DNA of 64,000 nt from Candidatus Saccharimonadota bacterium (GCA_029260855.1 JAJDCK010000014.1:6018-70017); one strand, 5' to 3'. Positions 25,205 to 37,571 are shown, numbered from the stretch's first letter. Numbers and translations: made by a program. Notes: generated by a model not told the origin, from the letters alone.

Positions 25205-26758
25205 ATGGCACAACCTGACATATCAGTTAAAGAACTATCAAGTGATATTCGTAAAGCGATCGAACAGCTCAAGGTACGCCCTGAGATTGAATCTGTAGGT
25301 ATCGTAACCCGTATTGGCGATGGAATTGCCTGGGTTTATGGCCTGCGCGACGCGGGATTTAATGAAATGATCGAAATTGAATCCGAAACAGGTCATGTCA
25401 CGGCGTTTGCCCTGAACCTAGGCGAGGACGAAATCGGTGCTGTGCTGCTTGGCGATGACCGCTATGTTAAGGCGGGCGCCAAAGTGCGCCGTACTGGCAA
25501 GATCCTGGAAGTGCCCGTTGGTCCTGAGTTAGTTGGGCGTGTTGTTAACCCAATGGGCGAGCCTTTGGACGAAAAAGGCCCCATCAAAACTAACCGCAAA
25601 GGTCGTGTAGAGCAAGCTGCACCAGGCGTGCTTGACCGCAAAAGTGTGCACGAGCCTTTGATGACTGGGCTGCTTGCGATTGATTCAATGGTGCCTATCG
25701 GTCGTGGCCAACGTGAGTTGATTATTGGTGACCGTCAGACCGGTAAAACTGCCGTAGCGATCGACACTATGATTAATCAACACCGCCAGCAAACAGGTGT
25801 TATTAACATCTATGTTGCTGTTGGTCAGAAACTAAGTAAAGTAGCCCGAATTATTGAACGCCTGAAGCGTGAGGGCGTGATGGATCAGACGATTATTATT
25901 GCTACTAGTGCTAGCGACCCTGCGTCGCTGCAGTACCTGGCACCGTACGCCGGTACGGCCATGGGCGAATATTTCCGTGATAACGGCCAGCATGCCTTGA
26001 TTATTTACGATGACCTTACCAAGCACGCGGCGGCTTATCGTCAGATGTCACTTTTGCTTCGCCGTCCACCGGGCCGTGAAGCCTACCCTGGTGATGTGTT
26101 TTATCTGCACTCTAGATTGCTAGAGCGTTCCGCCAAGATGAGCGATAAGCTGGGTGGTGGGTCGCTGACTGCGCTGCCGATCATTGAGACGCAGGCCGGC
26201 GACATCAGTGCTTACATACCAACTAACGTTATTTCTATCACTGACGGCCAGATTTTTATGGAGACCAACTTGTTCTATCAGGGTATACGACCGGCTATCT
26301 CCGTGGGTTTGTCCGTCTCCCGCGTGGGTGGCGCAGCGCAAACTAAGGCTGTCAAAAGCGTGGCGGGTCCGTTGCGACTTAACTTGGCTCAGTTTCGTGA
26401 GCTAGCGGCTTTTGCGCAATTTTCTACTGATCTTGACGCAGAAACTAAGCAGCGCATTGAACGTGGCCAGCGCCTGACAGAACTGCTCAAGCAGCCGCAA
26501 TATTCTCCGCTAGGCGTATGGGAGCAAACGGCAATCCTGATGGCGGCTAATGATGGCGCCTTTGACAGTGTTGAGTTAGAAGACATCAAACAAGCCCAAC
26601 AAGCACTATTGACTACCCTGCACCGCGAGCACAAAAAAGCTATGCAAACTTTGAATACGGGCGCTAAACCAACAGACGAAATAATCAAAATAATCACTGG
26701 TGTTGCGAGTCAGGTCGCTAAGACCTATAAGAAAAATACGGAGCAGCCCAGGACATAG
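25205..26758 (+). CDS. atpA: ATP synthase subunit alpha
   Basis: GDRQTGKT Walker A and typical alpha-subunit sequence throughout. Confidence 0.97.
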   Translation: MAQPDISVKELSSDIRKAIEQLKVRPEIESVGIVTRIGDGIAWVYGLRDAGFNEMIEIESETGHVTAFALNLGEDEIGAVLLGDDRYVKAGAKVRRTGKILEVPVGPELVGRVVNPMGEPLDEKGPIKTNRKGRVEQAAPGVLDRKSVHEPLMTGLLAIDSMVPIGRGQRELIIGDRQTGKTAVAIDTMINQHRQQTGVINIYVAVGQKLSKVARIIERLKREGVMDQTIIIATSASDPASLQYLAPYAGTAMGEYFRDNGQHALIIYDDLTKHAAAYRQMSLLLRRPPGREAYPGDVFYLHSRLLERSAKMSDKLGGGSLTALPIIETQAGDISAYIPTNVISITDGQIFMETNLFYQGIRPAISVGLSVSRVGGAAQTKAVKSVAGPLRLNLAQFRELAAFAQFSTDLDAETKQRIERGQRLTELLKQPQYSPLGVWEQTAILMAANDGAFDSVELEDIKQAQQALLTTLHREHKKAMQTLNTGAKPTDEIIKIITGVASQVAKTYKKNTEQPRT

Positions 26759-26761
26759 TTT

Positions 26762-27624
26762 ATGGCACAGACGACGGCGCTTAAGCGCAGAATTACCAGC
26801 GTAAAGAACACTAAGCAGATCACCAAGGCTATGGAGCTGGTGGCTGCGAGTAAGATGCGCCGTGCTCAGGAAAACGCGCTTCGTAGCCGAGAATATCGTA
26901 ACCTTGCCCGCGCCATTCTGACACGTATTTCTGAGCTGACTGATGTGACGAAACATCCCTTATACGTAACGCGTGCATTAAAAACCAGGCTTTACATAAT
27001 TGTCACAAGTGACCGAGGCCTAGCCGGTGCATATAACAGCAACCTGTTTAGGCACCTTACAAACGAGCTAAAAACGGACCAGGTTCAGAAAATTCAGAGC
27101 CAGGTTATTGTCATAGGCAAACAGGGTGCTAAATTCTTAGCTCGCTTTAAGGACGTGGAGGTTGTTGCGGTTTATGAAAACTTTCCAGATTACCCTACAG
27201 CTAATGATATCCGCCCTATTCTAAATACGGTTGTAGAGAGTTATAAGGCTAAGGACGTTGATACTGTAGATATTTTGTACACCGACTATAAATCTTCTAT
27301 TTCCCAGGTCGTAACTAGTGACCGCCTACTGCCGGCAGTTTTTGAGGCTGTACCTATACCTAAAGACCTAGAAACTGCAGAGTTCGAACCTTCTGCCGAA
27401 GCGGTTTTAGATAGCATTACCGAGCGAATTATCGAAGTCCAGTTGTCACAAGCGTTGCTAGAGTCAAAAGCTAGCGAACAGTCCATGCGCATGATGGCTA
27501 TGAAGAACGCTTCAGACAACGCGGGCGAAATTATTGACGACCTAACGCTTGCTTTTAATACAGCGCGGCAAGCGGCTATCACCCAGGAATTAGCAGAAAT
27601 AACCGGCGGCGCAGAGGCCATAAA

Positions 27625-27628
<4 letters not shown>
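26762..27628 (+). CDS. atpG: ATP synthase subunit gamma
   Basis: N-terminal KRRI.SVKNT.QITKAMELVAASKMRRAQ and C-terminal ARQAAITQEL.EI..GAEA. Confidence 0.95.
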
Positions 27629-29281
<1,653 letters not shown>

Positions 29282-29284
29282 GCA

Positions 29285-30670
29285 CTAGTTTAATGGGGCG
29301 GTCGGAGGGGTTCTCCTGCTGATTTTTCTGACTAATGTTCGCAGCGCTTCACGTTTGAAAAAATATAAATAGGCTACAGCAATTGCGAAAATAGCGGTCA
29401 AAACGGCTACCACAATCATTATACTAAAAGAGTCGTCATCCTCGCTGGTCGCTATAATATCTGTTGATGGCAATTGATCTGCAACACTAAAAGATAAAAC
29501 TTGCTCACGATTTGACGTTTTGCCAGTTGAAGGATCAGTAAGTTCAGCTTCAACATGATGCTCGCCTGGTTCCAGCCCGCTAATTTCAATTGACCAAACG
29601 CCTTCCTGGTCGGCTGTTACGGTATATTCCTTCGGTTCAGAAAAAACATAAAGCTTTATTTTTGCGCCCGGTAAAGTTATCCCAGAAAGTTTTAATGGTT
29701 CATTCACCCCCAGCACAATTCTCTCTTCCTTGATTATCTCAGTATCCCCAATCTTAATACTATTAAGGCCAATAGTACTGTTCTGAGCTGTGGGCTCGGA
29801 AGAATCATTTCCAGAAGTATTACTAGATTCAGGTGAGGATGAGGCAGGCGCACTAGAAGGAGAGCTGTCATTATCAATTACTGTAATTGTTGTACTTGGG
29901 ATGTTTTTCCCGCTATAGTTAGGGTCTGAAGTAGAAACGGAATGCGATATAGTGCAAGTATGATTGCCCTCGGGCTTAGAGTCATCAACTCCCCTAACAT
30001 TATAATATAATGATCCGGCAGGACCTTTTGATATTAAGTAAGAATTTGGAGACTCAACAACAGCTCCCGAACCCCCCTTCCCTGATTTAAGTAATTGACA
30101 CTCACCGCTAATGGATGTGGTGATCGATACATCTTCTTCAGCATCGTCGTTTAGTTTGACTTCATAAGCCTGGGCTGGGCCGCCTTCAGTGAGTGAGCTG
30201 GGTCTATGAACAAATTTAAATCCTGGTGTTGCGTCATTATCGTTAATAGTCAACGTGCTGGAGCCGCTTAGTCCATTAAACTCTGCGTCATCAGAAGTAG
30301 CAGTATAGCTAATACTACAGGTATGCTGCCCTTCAATGAGCTGGTCGTTATGTGCACGGATACTCACGGGGTTACTAATGGTAGAGCCGCTAAATACTGT
30401 TGTCTGTTCGGTGGTGGCCCAACTTGACGATGTGGCTTTTATTTCGCACTGGCCGTTAGTTGATAGGCTGAGTGCTACATTGCTCCCGGGGGCACTGCTA
30501 AATGTATATCTACCGCTTTCCGAAACAGTACCGAACACACTTTCTGTTAGAACTGTTGATGAAGGCAGTGAGAATGTAATATTTCCCAGTGCAAACACTT
30601 TAGAACGTAGCCAGTAAATGCACATAATTGCAATTAAGAAAATTAATATTACATTGAATGATTTTTTCAT
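29285..30670 (-). CDS. surface protein with two Calx-beta-like repeats, an Ig-like domain and a C-terminal TM anchor
   Basis: Signal/anchor MKKSFNVILIFLIAIMCIYW. Internal repeat ends HTCSISYTATSDD...TLTINDNDATP and HTCTISHSVSTSD...TITVIDNDSSP. Ser-rich linker. Ig-like KIKLYVFSEPKEY...GEHHVEAE. C-terminal TM plus basic tail. Confidence 0.75.
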   Translation of the reverse strand: MKKSFNVILIFLIAIMCIYWLRSKVFALGNITFSLPSSTVLTESVFGTVSESGRYTFSSAPGSNVALSLSTNGQCEIKATSSSWATTEQTTVFSGSTISNPVSIRAHNDQLIEGQHTCSISYTATSDDAEFNGLSGSSTLTINDNDATPGFKFVHRPSSLTEGGPAQAYEVKLNDDAEEDVSITTSISGECQLLKSGKGGSGAVVESPNSYLISKGPAGSLYYNVRGVDDSKPEGNHTCTISHSVSTSDPNYSGKNIPSTTITVIDNDSSPSSAPASSSPESSNTSGNDSSEPTAQNSTIGLNSIKIGDTEIIKEERIVLGVNEPLKLSGITLPGAKIKLYVFSEPKEYTVTADQEGVWSIEISGLEPGEHHVEAELTDPSTGKTSNREQVLSFSVADQLPSTDIIATSEDDDSFSIMIVVAVLTAIFAIAVAYLYFFKREALRTLVRKISRRTPPTAPLN

Positions 30671-30787
30671 AGTTATTCTTTTTATTTTTAGTTATTATAA
30701 TGAATAGTATTTAATCTTATTGTCAGTAATGTGTCAAATAAGGTAAAATAGTTATTTAATAACGTATTAAAGTGGAGAGGTAAAATA

Positions 30788-31213
30788 GTGGTTCACTTAG
30801 AACTTGTGACATTATCTGGGGTCAAATTTCGGCAACAAGTATATGAAGTACAGCTGCCAACCACAGAAGGAATTATCGGTGTGTTCAAAGACCACTCTCC
30901 GCTTGTGGCTATGGCAGCGCCTGGAGTAATAAAGGTCCGTCATAAGGCTGGCGAGCCCGACGACCTGCAAGATTTTATAGCTACTAACGGCGGGGTTATA
31001 GAAGTTGGCGACGACAATATTCGTGTGCTAGTGGATGAAGCTGACCTGGCAGATGAGATTAACGAGAAAGAAGTCGAAGAGGCTCACGCAAGGGCCCTGA
31101 AACTGCGCTCTGAAGCCAAAGACCAGACATCATTAGACCACGCACAAAGCCTGATTGACCGCTCTTCAGTCAGGTTGCAGGTAGCCAACCTAAAACGTCG
31201 CCGTCGCAAGTAA
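30788..31213 (+). CDS. atpC: ATP synthase subunit epsilon
   Basis: GTG start behind GGAGAGG. LELVT....F...V..V.LPT.EG.IGV...H.PL pattern. Confidence 0.85.
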   Translation: MVHLELVTLSGVKFRQQVYEVQLPTTEGIIGVFKDHSPLVAMAAPGVIKVRHKAGEPDDLQDFIATNGGVIEVGDDNIRVLVDEADLADEINEKEVEEAHARALKLRSEAKDQTSLDHAQSLIDRSSVRLQVANLKRRRRK

Positions 31214-31364
31214 ACAAATAAGAGTATCAGCCAAACTCGCTATTTATTGTCAGTCTGATTTAGGTGCGGACATGTATTGCTATACAGAAATAAAACTATA
31301 GGATGAGTACTTGCCTTTTTTTGGTGTTCGCGGTAAAATTATAGACAACGACTTATAAAATAAA

Positions 31365-31380
31365 TGTGATCATTATCACT
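31365..31380. promoter_or_regulatory. CRP/FNR-family-like operator TGTGA-N6-TCACT
   Basis: TGTGATCATTATCACT, 13-28 nt upstream of the 31393/31408 start codons. A Crp/Fnr regulator is encoded at 36704. Confidence 0.35.
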
Positions 31381-31392
31381 TAGTAACTAAGG

Positions 31393-32361
31393 GTGCGTGA
31401 GGTTTATATGTCTTTTGAAGGTGAAGGAGCTGAAGTGTTGAAAGAAGTCAGGGTGGCGCGAATTTGCGATGGGCTAGGTTTTGGCGAAGGCCCTATATCT
31501 TATAGCGATCGTCTAGATATAGACCAAAGCACACGTGCGCGAGTTGAGGCGCTAATAACTAGCCCCGACATACTTGTAGTAGTAGAAGCTGATGACGATG
31601 GCTGTGGTGATGGTCGAGAGGTGGGCGTGATTCATGAAGGTCAAAAAATCCGTGAGCGCTCCCTGCATCGTGCTAAAGTTTTTGGCGGGGGGGCTACTAT
31701 GGCGGCTGCCTCAGACATCGGCCTGGGGCGCGCACGAAACATGAGTCTTCATAGTGTATTTGATACAGCAAAAGGCACTATCTTTGACGCAGGTCTTAGT
31801 TATGGTGCTCACACCGGTAGTCACGCAGATGATGAACAGAGTGGCTGTGGTGCGGTTGATAAAGCTCCGGTCATTATCGCCATCACTGAACAGTATCATC
31901 AGCAAATTGCTGGCACAATCGCGGCATTAGGGGTTGATACTGCTGGCTTGGAAGGGATTTTTGAAAACTACAAACAATTCGGACGTGATATTCAGGGACA
32001 GGAATATCGGGGGGCTGAGGTTGTTAATGATATAAAACGCGACGGACGAGTCGTAAAAGAGCTGAATGGCGAGCACCTTGAGATGTATATAGTGCTTAAC
32101 AATGTAGAAGGCAAAACAGTTAACCAACAAAAAGTGCGTGAATCTAGTGATGGAAAGGTCCAGGTTTTTGGTATTGATCTTTGGCGATTGATGCAACTCT
32201 CACAAAAGCTCTACCCCGAAGATAGAGGTTTTAGTGATTCCGACCGGCACGTAGCCTTTCTTAGCGAGCTAGTTTATACCTTGTCAACGGCTGCCACGCT
32301 TACAAAGGGGGACCTTCCGGTTTATATGGTTAGCCCAGAAAACGAACTAGTAGCAGTATAG
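31393..32361 (+). CDS. hypothetical protein with GCGDGR and SGCGA motifs (start 31393 GTG or 31408 ATG)
   Basis: 322-aa ORF. No confident family assignment. Confidence 0.7.
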   Translation: MREVYMSFEGEGAEVLKEVRVARICDGLGFGEGPISYSDRLDIDQSTRARVEALITSPDILVVVEADDDGCGDGREVGVIHEGQKIRERSLHRAKVFGGGATMAAASDIGLGRARNMSLHSVFDTAKGTIFDAGLSYGAHTGSHADDEQSGCGAVDKAPVIIAITEQYHQQIAGTIAALGVDTAGLEGIFENYKQFGRDIQGQEYRGAEVVNDIKRDGRVVKELNGEHLEMYIVLNNVEGKTVNQQKVRESSDGKVQVFGIDLWRLMQLSQKLYPEDRGFSDSDRHVAFLSELVYTLSTAATLTKGDLPVYMVSPENELVAV

Positions 32362-32468
32362 TGAATAGTGAACAGCTGCACTGCCGATTGTATTTAAAAA
32401 ACCTATTTGTAATATTGCCAATATAGTCTATTCTTAGACTATAAAAAGTTTTTAAGTGGAGGTTTTAG

Positions 32469-33206
32469 ATGTTTGGTAGACAAAAAGTAGCTGCTCTGGT
32501 GGCTGAATTTGTCGGTACTGCTACGTTGGTTTCAGTAGTGCTGGCAACAATCTATGGGCGTACAGGGTTCCCGCTCTTTATAGCAATGGCAGCAGGCTTA
32601 ACGATCGGACTGATGATGCTCGTGCTAGGACCGATTTCTGGTGCGCATATAAATCCAGTAGTGACCGTTGCGCTATGGACTACTCGTAAGATACAGACAA
32701 TGCAGGCCATCGTTTATGTGGGGGCGCAAATGCTAGGAGCTGTTGCAGCTTGGCAGCTAGCCGAATTTTTACTTAATCGTCCGCTACAGAACACTGCTGG
32801 CGACAGTCTTAACTGGCGCGTTCTGATCGCCGAGGCGATTGGTGCGTTTGTTTTTGCGACTGCACTGTCAGCCGCAATATCCCGGGCTTACACTGGTGTT
32901 AAGCTTGCCATAGCTGCTGGTCTAGGATTTACGTTGGGTATGCTAATCGCCTCCTTAGCTTCAAATGGGCTGATTAACCCTGCGCTTGCGTTGGGTATGC
33001 AGTCATGGAGCTGGGCATACCTGCTGGGACCTTTAGCTGGTGCAGTAATAGGTATGAACCTATACGGGCTTGTGTTTGAGCCAATTGATAATCCAAAATC
33101 AAAAACCGTTAAAGCAGCTGCCTCTGTCGCTTCCAAGAAAATCAAAACGACAGCCAATAAGACCAAAAAACGCGTTACTAAGAGTGCTGCTAAGAGAAAA
33201 AAATAA
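32469..33206 (+). CDS. MIP-family channel (aquaporin-like) with Lys-rich C-terminal tail
   Basis: GGAGG SD. SGAHINPVVT (NPV) and GLINPALA (NPA) half-helix motifs. 6 TM. Confidence 0.85.
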   Translation: MFGRQKVAALVAEFVGTATLVSVVLATIYGRTGFPLFIAMAAGLTIGLMMLVLGPISGAHINPVVTVALWTTRKIQTMQAIVYVGAQMLGAVAAWQLAEFLLNRPLQNTAGDSLNWRVLIAEAIGAFVFATALSAAISRAYTGVKLAIAAGLGFTLGMLIASLASNGLINPALALGMQSWSWAYLLGPLAGAVIGMNLYGLVFEPIDNPKSKTVKAAASVASKKIKTTANKTKKRVTKSAAKRKK

Positions 33207-33231
33207 TTAGCGGCGCTAGCGCTACATTAAT

Positions 33232-33261
33232 ATAAAGAGCTCATTCAGCAGGGCTCTTTAT
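33232..33261. terminator. bidirectional hairpin between convergent genes
   Basis: ATAAAGAGC-N12-GCTCTTTAT, flanked by A/T runs. Confidence 0.55.
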
Positions 33262-36200
33262 ATTTTGTTATTAATTAAGTCCTCTTCAAAGGCTAAGATA
33301 CCAGCGTAATCCGGAGTGTATGAGGATATGTCTGGAAAATTCAGTGCTTTGGTGTGTTGCCATATGGCTGATATAAGTTTGCTTAATCGAGTCATCTCCT
33401 CTTTGGATGGCCAATATGATTTTGAAAAATCGCTCGCTCGCTCGGCCTCTACGTATATCATTTTGCCTTCAACCTCTTTACCGCGGAAGCGTGGCGTGTT
33501 GTTGGTAAGCAGTGCGTAGAAAACTAGCTGAGTGCGCTGTTTCCAGGCGCGAATCACTTGGTTTCGGTCTTTTGTTTGAAAATTGCTCAAAGACCGGCCA
33601 GTCTTATAGTCTACTACTACCAAATGTTTATTGTCCGGCAGATCTATGCGATCCAGCTTGCCACTGATGGTCGCTGGCCCAATTGCAATGTCATCTATCC
33701 GTTGTTCGGTAAGGCTGCCTGGAGCCAGACCTAGTTTATTGTTAGCTAAAAGTTTCTCTATCAGTAATCTGCCCTGCACAAGATATCGTTGAAATTCGTT
33801 ATCGGGCAGGTGTTCGTTACGAAGCGCGGAGTTATATGTTTGTTGTACGGTCGCAAGATCAAAAATATTCTTATTAATCAGTTTTTGCGCTTCTTCCAGC
33901 GCAGCGTGAGTTGCTGTGCCGTGCGATAAAGACGCGGTTTTTACGTCTGGCAAACGTAAAATATTGCGTTCAAAATAATAATCAGGCCCGCCCTTCGTTA
34001 CATCTAGGAAATTAAGTAAGCTCGTGACGCTGATAGATAAATTCTCAAGCCGAGGTTTTAGAAGCACTTTTTCGTCCTTGGATTCGAGCCGTGGCCAGCG
34101 CAGCGTGTGTTCTAGTACCTTAATAGGTGGGTCAAGATCGGCTTGTGAAACCATTTCTGCAGCAACACTAGTGCGGACAAACGATGCCGCTAAGACTTCT
34201 TCGCCAATATGGTTCTGACAATAACTGCTAAATATAAGCCTACGTCTAGCGCGCGTTGCTGCTACGTACATCAGGCGAATGTAGTCATCTATGTCGTCAC
34301 CATAAGGTTGTAGGGGGAGGTTAATAGGTGGCTTCCGGCCGCCGTTTCTTGGCTTCCAAATGTCTTCCATGGCATCCACCACGAACACGCTGTCAAATTC
34401 CAGTCCTTTTGCCTTGTGTACCGTCAGTAGCTGCACAGCATCATCGCTACTAACAAACGGAGACCCATCGGCGATAATTTTGTGATTGCTCCTGTTGAGC
34501 TCAATAAAACGAACAAAATCCTGAAGATCTGAATCGTTGTTATGCGAAAATTCACCAACGAGTATGCGTAGCAGGCGTATAGCTGACAACCCATGCAAAT
34601 AATCATTATCAACCTCTTGCCTAGCTGCAAAGTACGGTTTAATCGGGCTGCTACGATGTTCGCCATCTCTCAGGCCTATCAAGTATTCGATCGCCAGCTG
34701 AAGGGGCATGCCCACGGCCCGCTGTCCTAGCCATAAGAACCATCTAGCAATATTGCTTATGTCGTTGTTTGCGCTACGCAGTAAACTATCTAGCCAGCTT
34801 GACTCAGCATAATTGCCAGCTGCTAGTTGCCACAAATCTTGCGGGGGAATTTCCCACATTGGGTGCAGCAAGGTCTTCGCAACTCTTTCATTAACAACCT
34901 GCTTGTTGCCGTTTTTGATGGCGACGGCTAGCTCTGCCAATAGGCATACCTGTTGAACCGCCTCATGATCAAGAATATTACTCTGGCGCTCGTAATCCAC
35001 CGGCACCTTTAGCGCTATCAGGATGCTGGCGAGCTGCTCAAGGCTGGCGTGGCCACGTGCAAGGATCGCTATACTGCCCTTGCTGTCTGATCGAAAGCGA
35101 GCGACCTCCCTTGCAATACCCACTTGCTGGTGTTCTTTAGTGGGGAAGCTGAGGTGCCTAACTATGGTTTTGCCTCTAGGCTCATTTAAGGCTGTTAGGT
35201 TTTTCTGTAAAGTGACATCGCGTTTCACTAGTCTGTCGTCAGCTTGCTGGATAATTTTCTGAGAAGTGTCTAGTATTGTCTGAGAGGAGCGATAATTATC
35301 CTTCAGTACTATCCTCTGGGTTGCAGGATACATCCGCTCAAACGACAAAAGGTTATTTAGCTCAGCGCCATTAAATTTATAGATAGACTGGTCATCATCA
35401 CCCACGGCCATAAGGTTCGGCTTGTCGTTGTTCGCATGATGGTCCGCCACCAAATGCGCTAGACGCAGCTGTGCCGCATTGGTGTCTTGGAACTCATCTA
35501 TTAGCACATAGAGAAATCGTTCCTGAACGTTTGCCAGCATCTCTGGGTTACCTTGTAGCTCTGTAATGACTTCAACCAGCATGTCGGCATAATCATAATA
35601 ACCGCGTCGTCTTAGCTCTGCGCGGTACGTCTCATACACCCCGGCGACCGCAAGCCACCAATTATTCCTACGCTTCTCATCAAACATGTCCTTATGACCA
35701 TCTACGGTTTGGAGCACGCGCTTTTTCCATTTCCCGGTATTTATAGTTTTAGATGTGCCTTCGTCCAACATCACTGCTTGCTGAAAAGACTCCTTTAGAA
35801 CACTTGTTAGCGACAAAAGCGGTGCAGTTGTCTCGTCGGTGAGCTGATCCGGTAAGTCCAGAATTTTTTCGACAAGTTTATTTAAGCTTTTTTGTGATAA
35901 TGGCGCTTCAAGTGCATTGACTAGTTTTGGGGCAATTATCTCTATGAAAGCAAGGTTAGCCTTAATTAACGCTCTAAGTTTAGCTGGCGTAAGACCGGCT
36001 TCTTTAGCTAACTTTAGCGCCTCTTGTACGTCTCCGACCACAGTGTATGTGCCAGCAAACTTTAAGGCCAGCGGGTTATCTAGTGGTAGCTCGCGTAGAA
36101 TCGTCTCCACAATTTCAAGCTGTACAGTATCTGGGGCGGTTGCTAACCGGGCACCACTCCAAAAATGGTCAGGGTACTGGTTCATCAGCTCCGCGGCAAA

Positions 36201-36476
36201 GCTGTGAAACGTCTTAGCTGAAACATCACGCGCAGTGGGGCCGATAAGAGACACGAGCCTTTCTCGCATATTTGTCGCAGCTTTGTTTGTAAACGTCAGG
36301 CAAAGTATATTGGCGGCTGCCGTATCCGTTTTTCTTAAAATATTAGCAACACGCATGCTTAGTAACTGAGTTTTGCCTGTACCTGGGCCGGCTATAACCA
36401 GCACGGGCCCCTCAATTGTCTCAACGGCCCTTTTTTGTTCAGGGTTTAACCTCGCGTATTCTTCAACAAAACTCAT
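33258..36476 (-). CDS. UvrD/PcrA-type helicase fused to a C-terminal PD-(D/E)XK (RecB-like) nuclease domain
   Basis: LNPEQKRAV...GPVLVIAGPGTGKT, DEFQDTN, VGDDDQSIY, TVHKAKGLEFD, VAATRAR. C-terminal GKLDRIDL...VVVDYKTGR. Confidence 0.85.
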   Translation of the reverse strand: MSFVEEYARLNPEQKRAVETIEGPVLVIAGPGTGKTQLLSMRVANILRKTDTAAANILCLTFTNKAATNMRERLVSLIGPTARDVSAKTFHSFAAELMNQYPDHFWSGARLATAPDTVQLEIVETILRELPLDNPLALKFAGTYTVVGDVQEALKLAKEAGLTPAKLRALIKANLAFIEIIAPKLVNALEAPLSQKSLNKLVEKILDLPDQLTDETTAPLLSLTSVLKESFQQAVMLDEGTSKTINTGKWKKRVLQTVDGHKDMFDEKRRNNWWLAVAGVYETYRAELRRRGYYDYADMLVEVITELQGNPEMLANVQERFLYVLIDEFQDTNAAQLRLAHLVADHHANNDKPNLMAVGDDDQSIYKFNGAELNNLLSFERMYPATQRIVLKDNYRSSQTILDTSQKIIQQADDRLVKRDVTLQKNLTALNEPRGKTIVRHLSFPTKEHQQVGIAREVARFRSDSKGSIAILARGHASLEQLASILIALKVPVDYERQSNILDHEAVQQVCLLAELAVAIKNGNKQVVNERVAKTLLHPMWEIPPQDLWQLAAGNYAESSWLDSLLRSANNDISNIARWFLWLGQRAVGMPLQLAIEYLIGLRDGEHRSSPIKPYFAARQEVDNDYLHGLSAIRLLRILVGEFSHNNDSDLQDFVRFIELNRSNHKIIADGSPFVSSDDAVQLLTVHKAKGLEFDSVFVVDAMEDIWKPRNGGRKPPINLPLQPYGDDIDDYIRLMYVAATRARRRLIFSSYCQNHIGEEVLAASFVRTSVAAEMVSQADLDPPIKVLEHTLRWPRLESKDEKVLLKPRLENLSISVTSLLNFLDVTKGGPDYYFERNILRLPDVKTASLSHGTATHAALEEAQKLINKNIFDLATVQQTYNSALRNEHLPDNEFQRYLVQGRLLIEKLLANNKLGLAPGSLTEQRIDDIAIGPATISGKLDRIDLPDNKHLVVVDYKTGRSLSNFQTKDRNQVIRAWKQRTQLVFYALLTNNTPRFRGKEVEGKMIYVEAERASDFSKSYWPSKEEMTRLSKLISAIWQHTKALNFPDISSYTPDYAGILAFEEDLINNKI

Positions 36477-36703
36477 CTCCCTATTGTAACTTGTTATTTT
36501 GTTAGTTGCACAAGCGTACGGTGCAAGTTCTGTATTTCTTGCGCTTTTCAGCTCAGCTGTCGGTTTCTACCTGCTATCTCAGGGTGAAGACCGGTACTAA
36601 GCTCTTTCTACTTACACGATATGCTAACCAGGAATTTAACTATATCTTTAGCTCTTCTATCAAATCATGTACAATTTAGTGACCGTAACAAGGCCACTGT
36701 CAA

Positions 36704-37372
36704 TTGAAGACATTCCAGGATTTTCTTGAGCAGTACCACGTAAAGACCTTTGCTAAGGGTGAGCTTATACTTGTTCAGGGTGAAGTGCCGCCTTGTGCCT
36801 ATGTGATCAAGAAGGGCGTTATAAAGACCTATAACCTTACCGCAAGAGGTGAGGAAAAGCCTATAACCTATGATGTGGCCACCGAAAGCTTCCCGATCGG
36901 CTGGATTTTCTCTAAGACTGAAGAGTCGTTGTTTTTCTATGACGCTTATACTGATGTTGAGCTGTATTGCGTTCCTCGCGCCGATTATTGCGAATTCTTA
37001 AAGCTAAACGTAGATGTCCTTTACGATGCACACAAATTTTGGATCAACCGTTTGTTGGACATGCAGACAAGAGTCAATGCGCTTGAGCAGTCCAAAGCAT
37101 CGTCTAAGGTTGTCAACACGCTTCACTACCTATGTTTGCGTTACGGCAGAGACATAAAAAAAGATGTAGTCCGTATTGATTTACCACTAACACAGCAAGA
37201 GTTGGCAAACTTTATGGGCCTAACACGTGAAACGACCGGAATCGAACTGAAGAAACTACAAAGAAGCGGTGTCCTAAGCTATAAACGGCAAAATTACATA
37301 GTTAAAACCGATAAACTCAACGACCTGCTTGATGAAGACTATGCTCAAGGAAAGTTGGTGGACGAAACTTAG
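36704..37372 (+). CDS. Crp/Fnr-family transcriptional regulator
   Basis: cNMP-binding-like N-terminus (F.KGE.I..QGE....YVI.KG.IK.Y) and C-terminal HTH (LTQQELANFMGLTRETTGIELKKL). Confidence 0.85.
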   Translation: MKTFQDFLEQYHVKTFAKGELILVQGEVPPCAYVIKKGVIKTYNLTARGEEKPITYDVATESFPIGWIFSKTEESLFFYDAYTDVELYCVPRADYCEFLKLNVDVLYDAHKFWINRLLDMQTRVNALEQSKASSKVVNTLHYLCLRYGRDIKKDVVRIDLPLTQQELANFMGLTRETTGIELKKLQRSGVLSYKRQNYIVKTDKLNDLLDEDYAQGKLVDET

Positions 37373-37399
37373 AACACCCCGCAGAGCGAGGTGTTCTTT
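37372..37399 (+). terminator. intrinsic terminator after the crp-like gene
   Basis: GAACACC-ccgcagagcga-GGTGTTC followed by TTT. Confidence 0.6.
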
Positions 37400-37421
37400 G
37401 GGCTCCTACCTATACTAGGTT

Positions 37422-37571
37422 CTATAAGAGCTGCTGCTTGATACGTCGCCATCTTTTAGCCCGTAGCTTTTCGGCCCTGTGTCCCCAGCCTTGGCCGACA
37501 TCATCGTAAAGTTCTTCAATGCTTAGATCAGATATGCGAATCGGTTGGTGTAGTATTTTATTTCTACCCAT
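37422..37571 (-). CDS. 49-aa basic protein, paralog of 41769..41918
   Basis: GGAGGAGG SD 6 nt before the ATG. MGRNKILHQPIRISDLSIEELYDDVGQGWGHRAEKLRAKRWRRIKQQLL. Collinear with the other copy (Y22, G28-W29, A33-E34, L36-R37-A38, R40-W41, K45). Confidence 0.7.
   Translation of the reverse strand: MGRNKILHQPIRISDLSIEELYDDVGQGWGHRAEKLRAKRWRRIKQQLL

Noticed and set aside
30400-30670. Shared MKKSFN N-terminus between the surface protein (29285..30670) and the membrane protein 57213..58400, considered as evidence of a family or duplication.
   Set aside because: The identity is limited to six residues of a generic Lys-rich signal-peptide start.
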